DNA of 64,000 bases from Hemiscyllium ocellatum (Eukaryota), in NCBI RefSeq assembly GCF_020745735.1, contig NC_083427.1, positions 1,953,438 to 2,017,437 on the forward strand, in the 5' to 3' direction. This document shows, piece by piece, positions 63,459 to 64,000 of the stretch. The translations under genes were made by a program, and so were the position numbers. The notes under the pieces are model-generated. The model saw nothing but the letters and a program-made list of their open reading frames with translations, was not told the origin of the DNA and made no database searches. The first letter of the stretch is position 1. Every line of letters begins with the position of its first letter.

Positions 63459-63647
63459 GTTTAAAAATCACACCACACCAGCTTGTAGACCAAGAGGTTT
63501 ATTTGGAAGCATTAGCTTTTGGACCGCTGCTCCTATGAAAGAGCATTGCTTTGAAAGCTGGTATTTCCAAATGTACCTGGTGGACTATAAACCAATCTTG
63601 TGTGATTTTTAACTTTGTACACCTCCATCCAACACCGGCTCCTTCAC
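63459..63647 (+). mobile_element. Palindromic Penelope-terminus mini-element (family B) downstream of TM1
   Basis: TTAAAAATCACACC...TTTGGAAGCATTAGCTTT is inverted against AAAGCTGGTATTTCCAAA...GTGTGATTTTTAA, followed by the tail CTTTGTACACCTCCATCCAACACCGGCTCC. Confidence 0.75.
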
Positions 63648-64000
63648 GTAATGCAGAAAACTTGTTTGTCCTGATGGTAGAGAAATACATACACAGAACA
63701 CACAAAAGGAACTTCAATACTTTGAGTCTGCACCAACCTAACTACTCTGATCCTACTTTCAGCCATTTGCGTGAAATGTGATGATACTTGAAGTGATCAT
63801 CCACGTTCACAGTTAAATATTATAACGTTTCTCGCTTTTACTACACTCCGAGGCAATGCACTCCAGAAGCCCACCACTGCCCGAATAAATATTGCATAAA
63901 ATTCATTCTAACACGCGTTCCAAAGAAAACTGAACAAAGAAAATTTACAGCCCAGGAATAGACACTTGGATCCGGCAAGCCTGAGCCGATGCAAATTTGC

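Noticed and set aside
62883-64000. TM2 exon candidates (e.g. AG|GTAACTGAATAG at 63256 giving VTE-stop; CTTTCAG|CCATTTGCGTGA near 63763)
   Set aside because: The first has no polypyrimidine tract and the second does not resemble known V-K-type tails. Neither can be assigned without cDNA.
1-64000. CRISPR arrays, rRNA, true tRNA genes, prokaryotic operons
   Set aside because: None seen. The tRNA-like sequences are SINE heads, and the repeated palindromes are dispersed, not arrayed with spacers.

Overview
Eukaryotic, AT-rich, repeat-dense genomic DNA from a shark. The shark SINE/LINE families and the VNAR sequence suggest a carpet shark such as a bamboo shark (inference). The window holds one apparently intact, unrearranged IgNAR (heavy-chain-only antibody) cluster on the + strand, spanning about 30 kb. 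Its order is promoter (octamer + TATA), leader 32878-32920, V 33047-33321, D1/D2/D3 with an RSS pattern of 22 | 12-D1-23 | 12-D2-22 | 12-D3-12 | 23, J 34657-34701, C1-C5, a secretory tail contiguous with C5, and TM1 at 62725-62882. All junctions from leader through C5/TM1 are phase 1 and I found no stops or frameshifts in the exons. I could not identify TM2. The V is type II (Cys29 in CDR1), and all three D segments and the J can encode Cys. The rest of the window is mostly decayed CR1-type LINEs, HE1-type SINEs, a Rex1-like LINE and one Penelope-like element (RT + GIY-YIG). The most unusual non-Ig signal is a set of 150-210 bp head-to-head palindromic mini-elements centred on hammerhead-ribozyme cores. 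They fall into three sequence families, four copies have 11-14 bp target-site duplications, and several lie inside IgNAR introns. Repeat boundaries are approximate, and family names and comparisons to nurse shark sequences come from recall, not from database searches.
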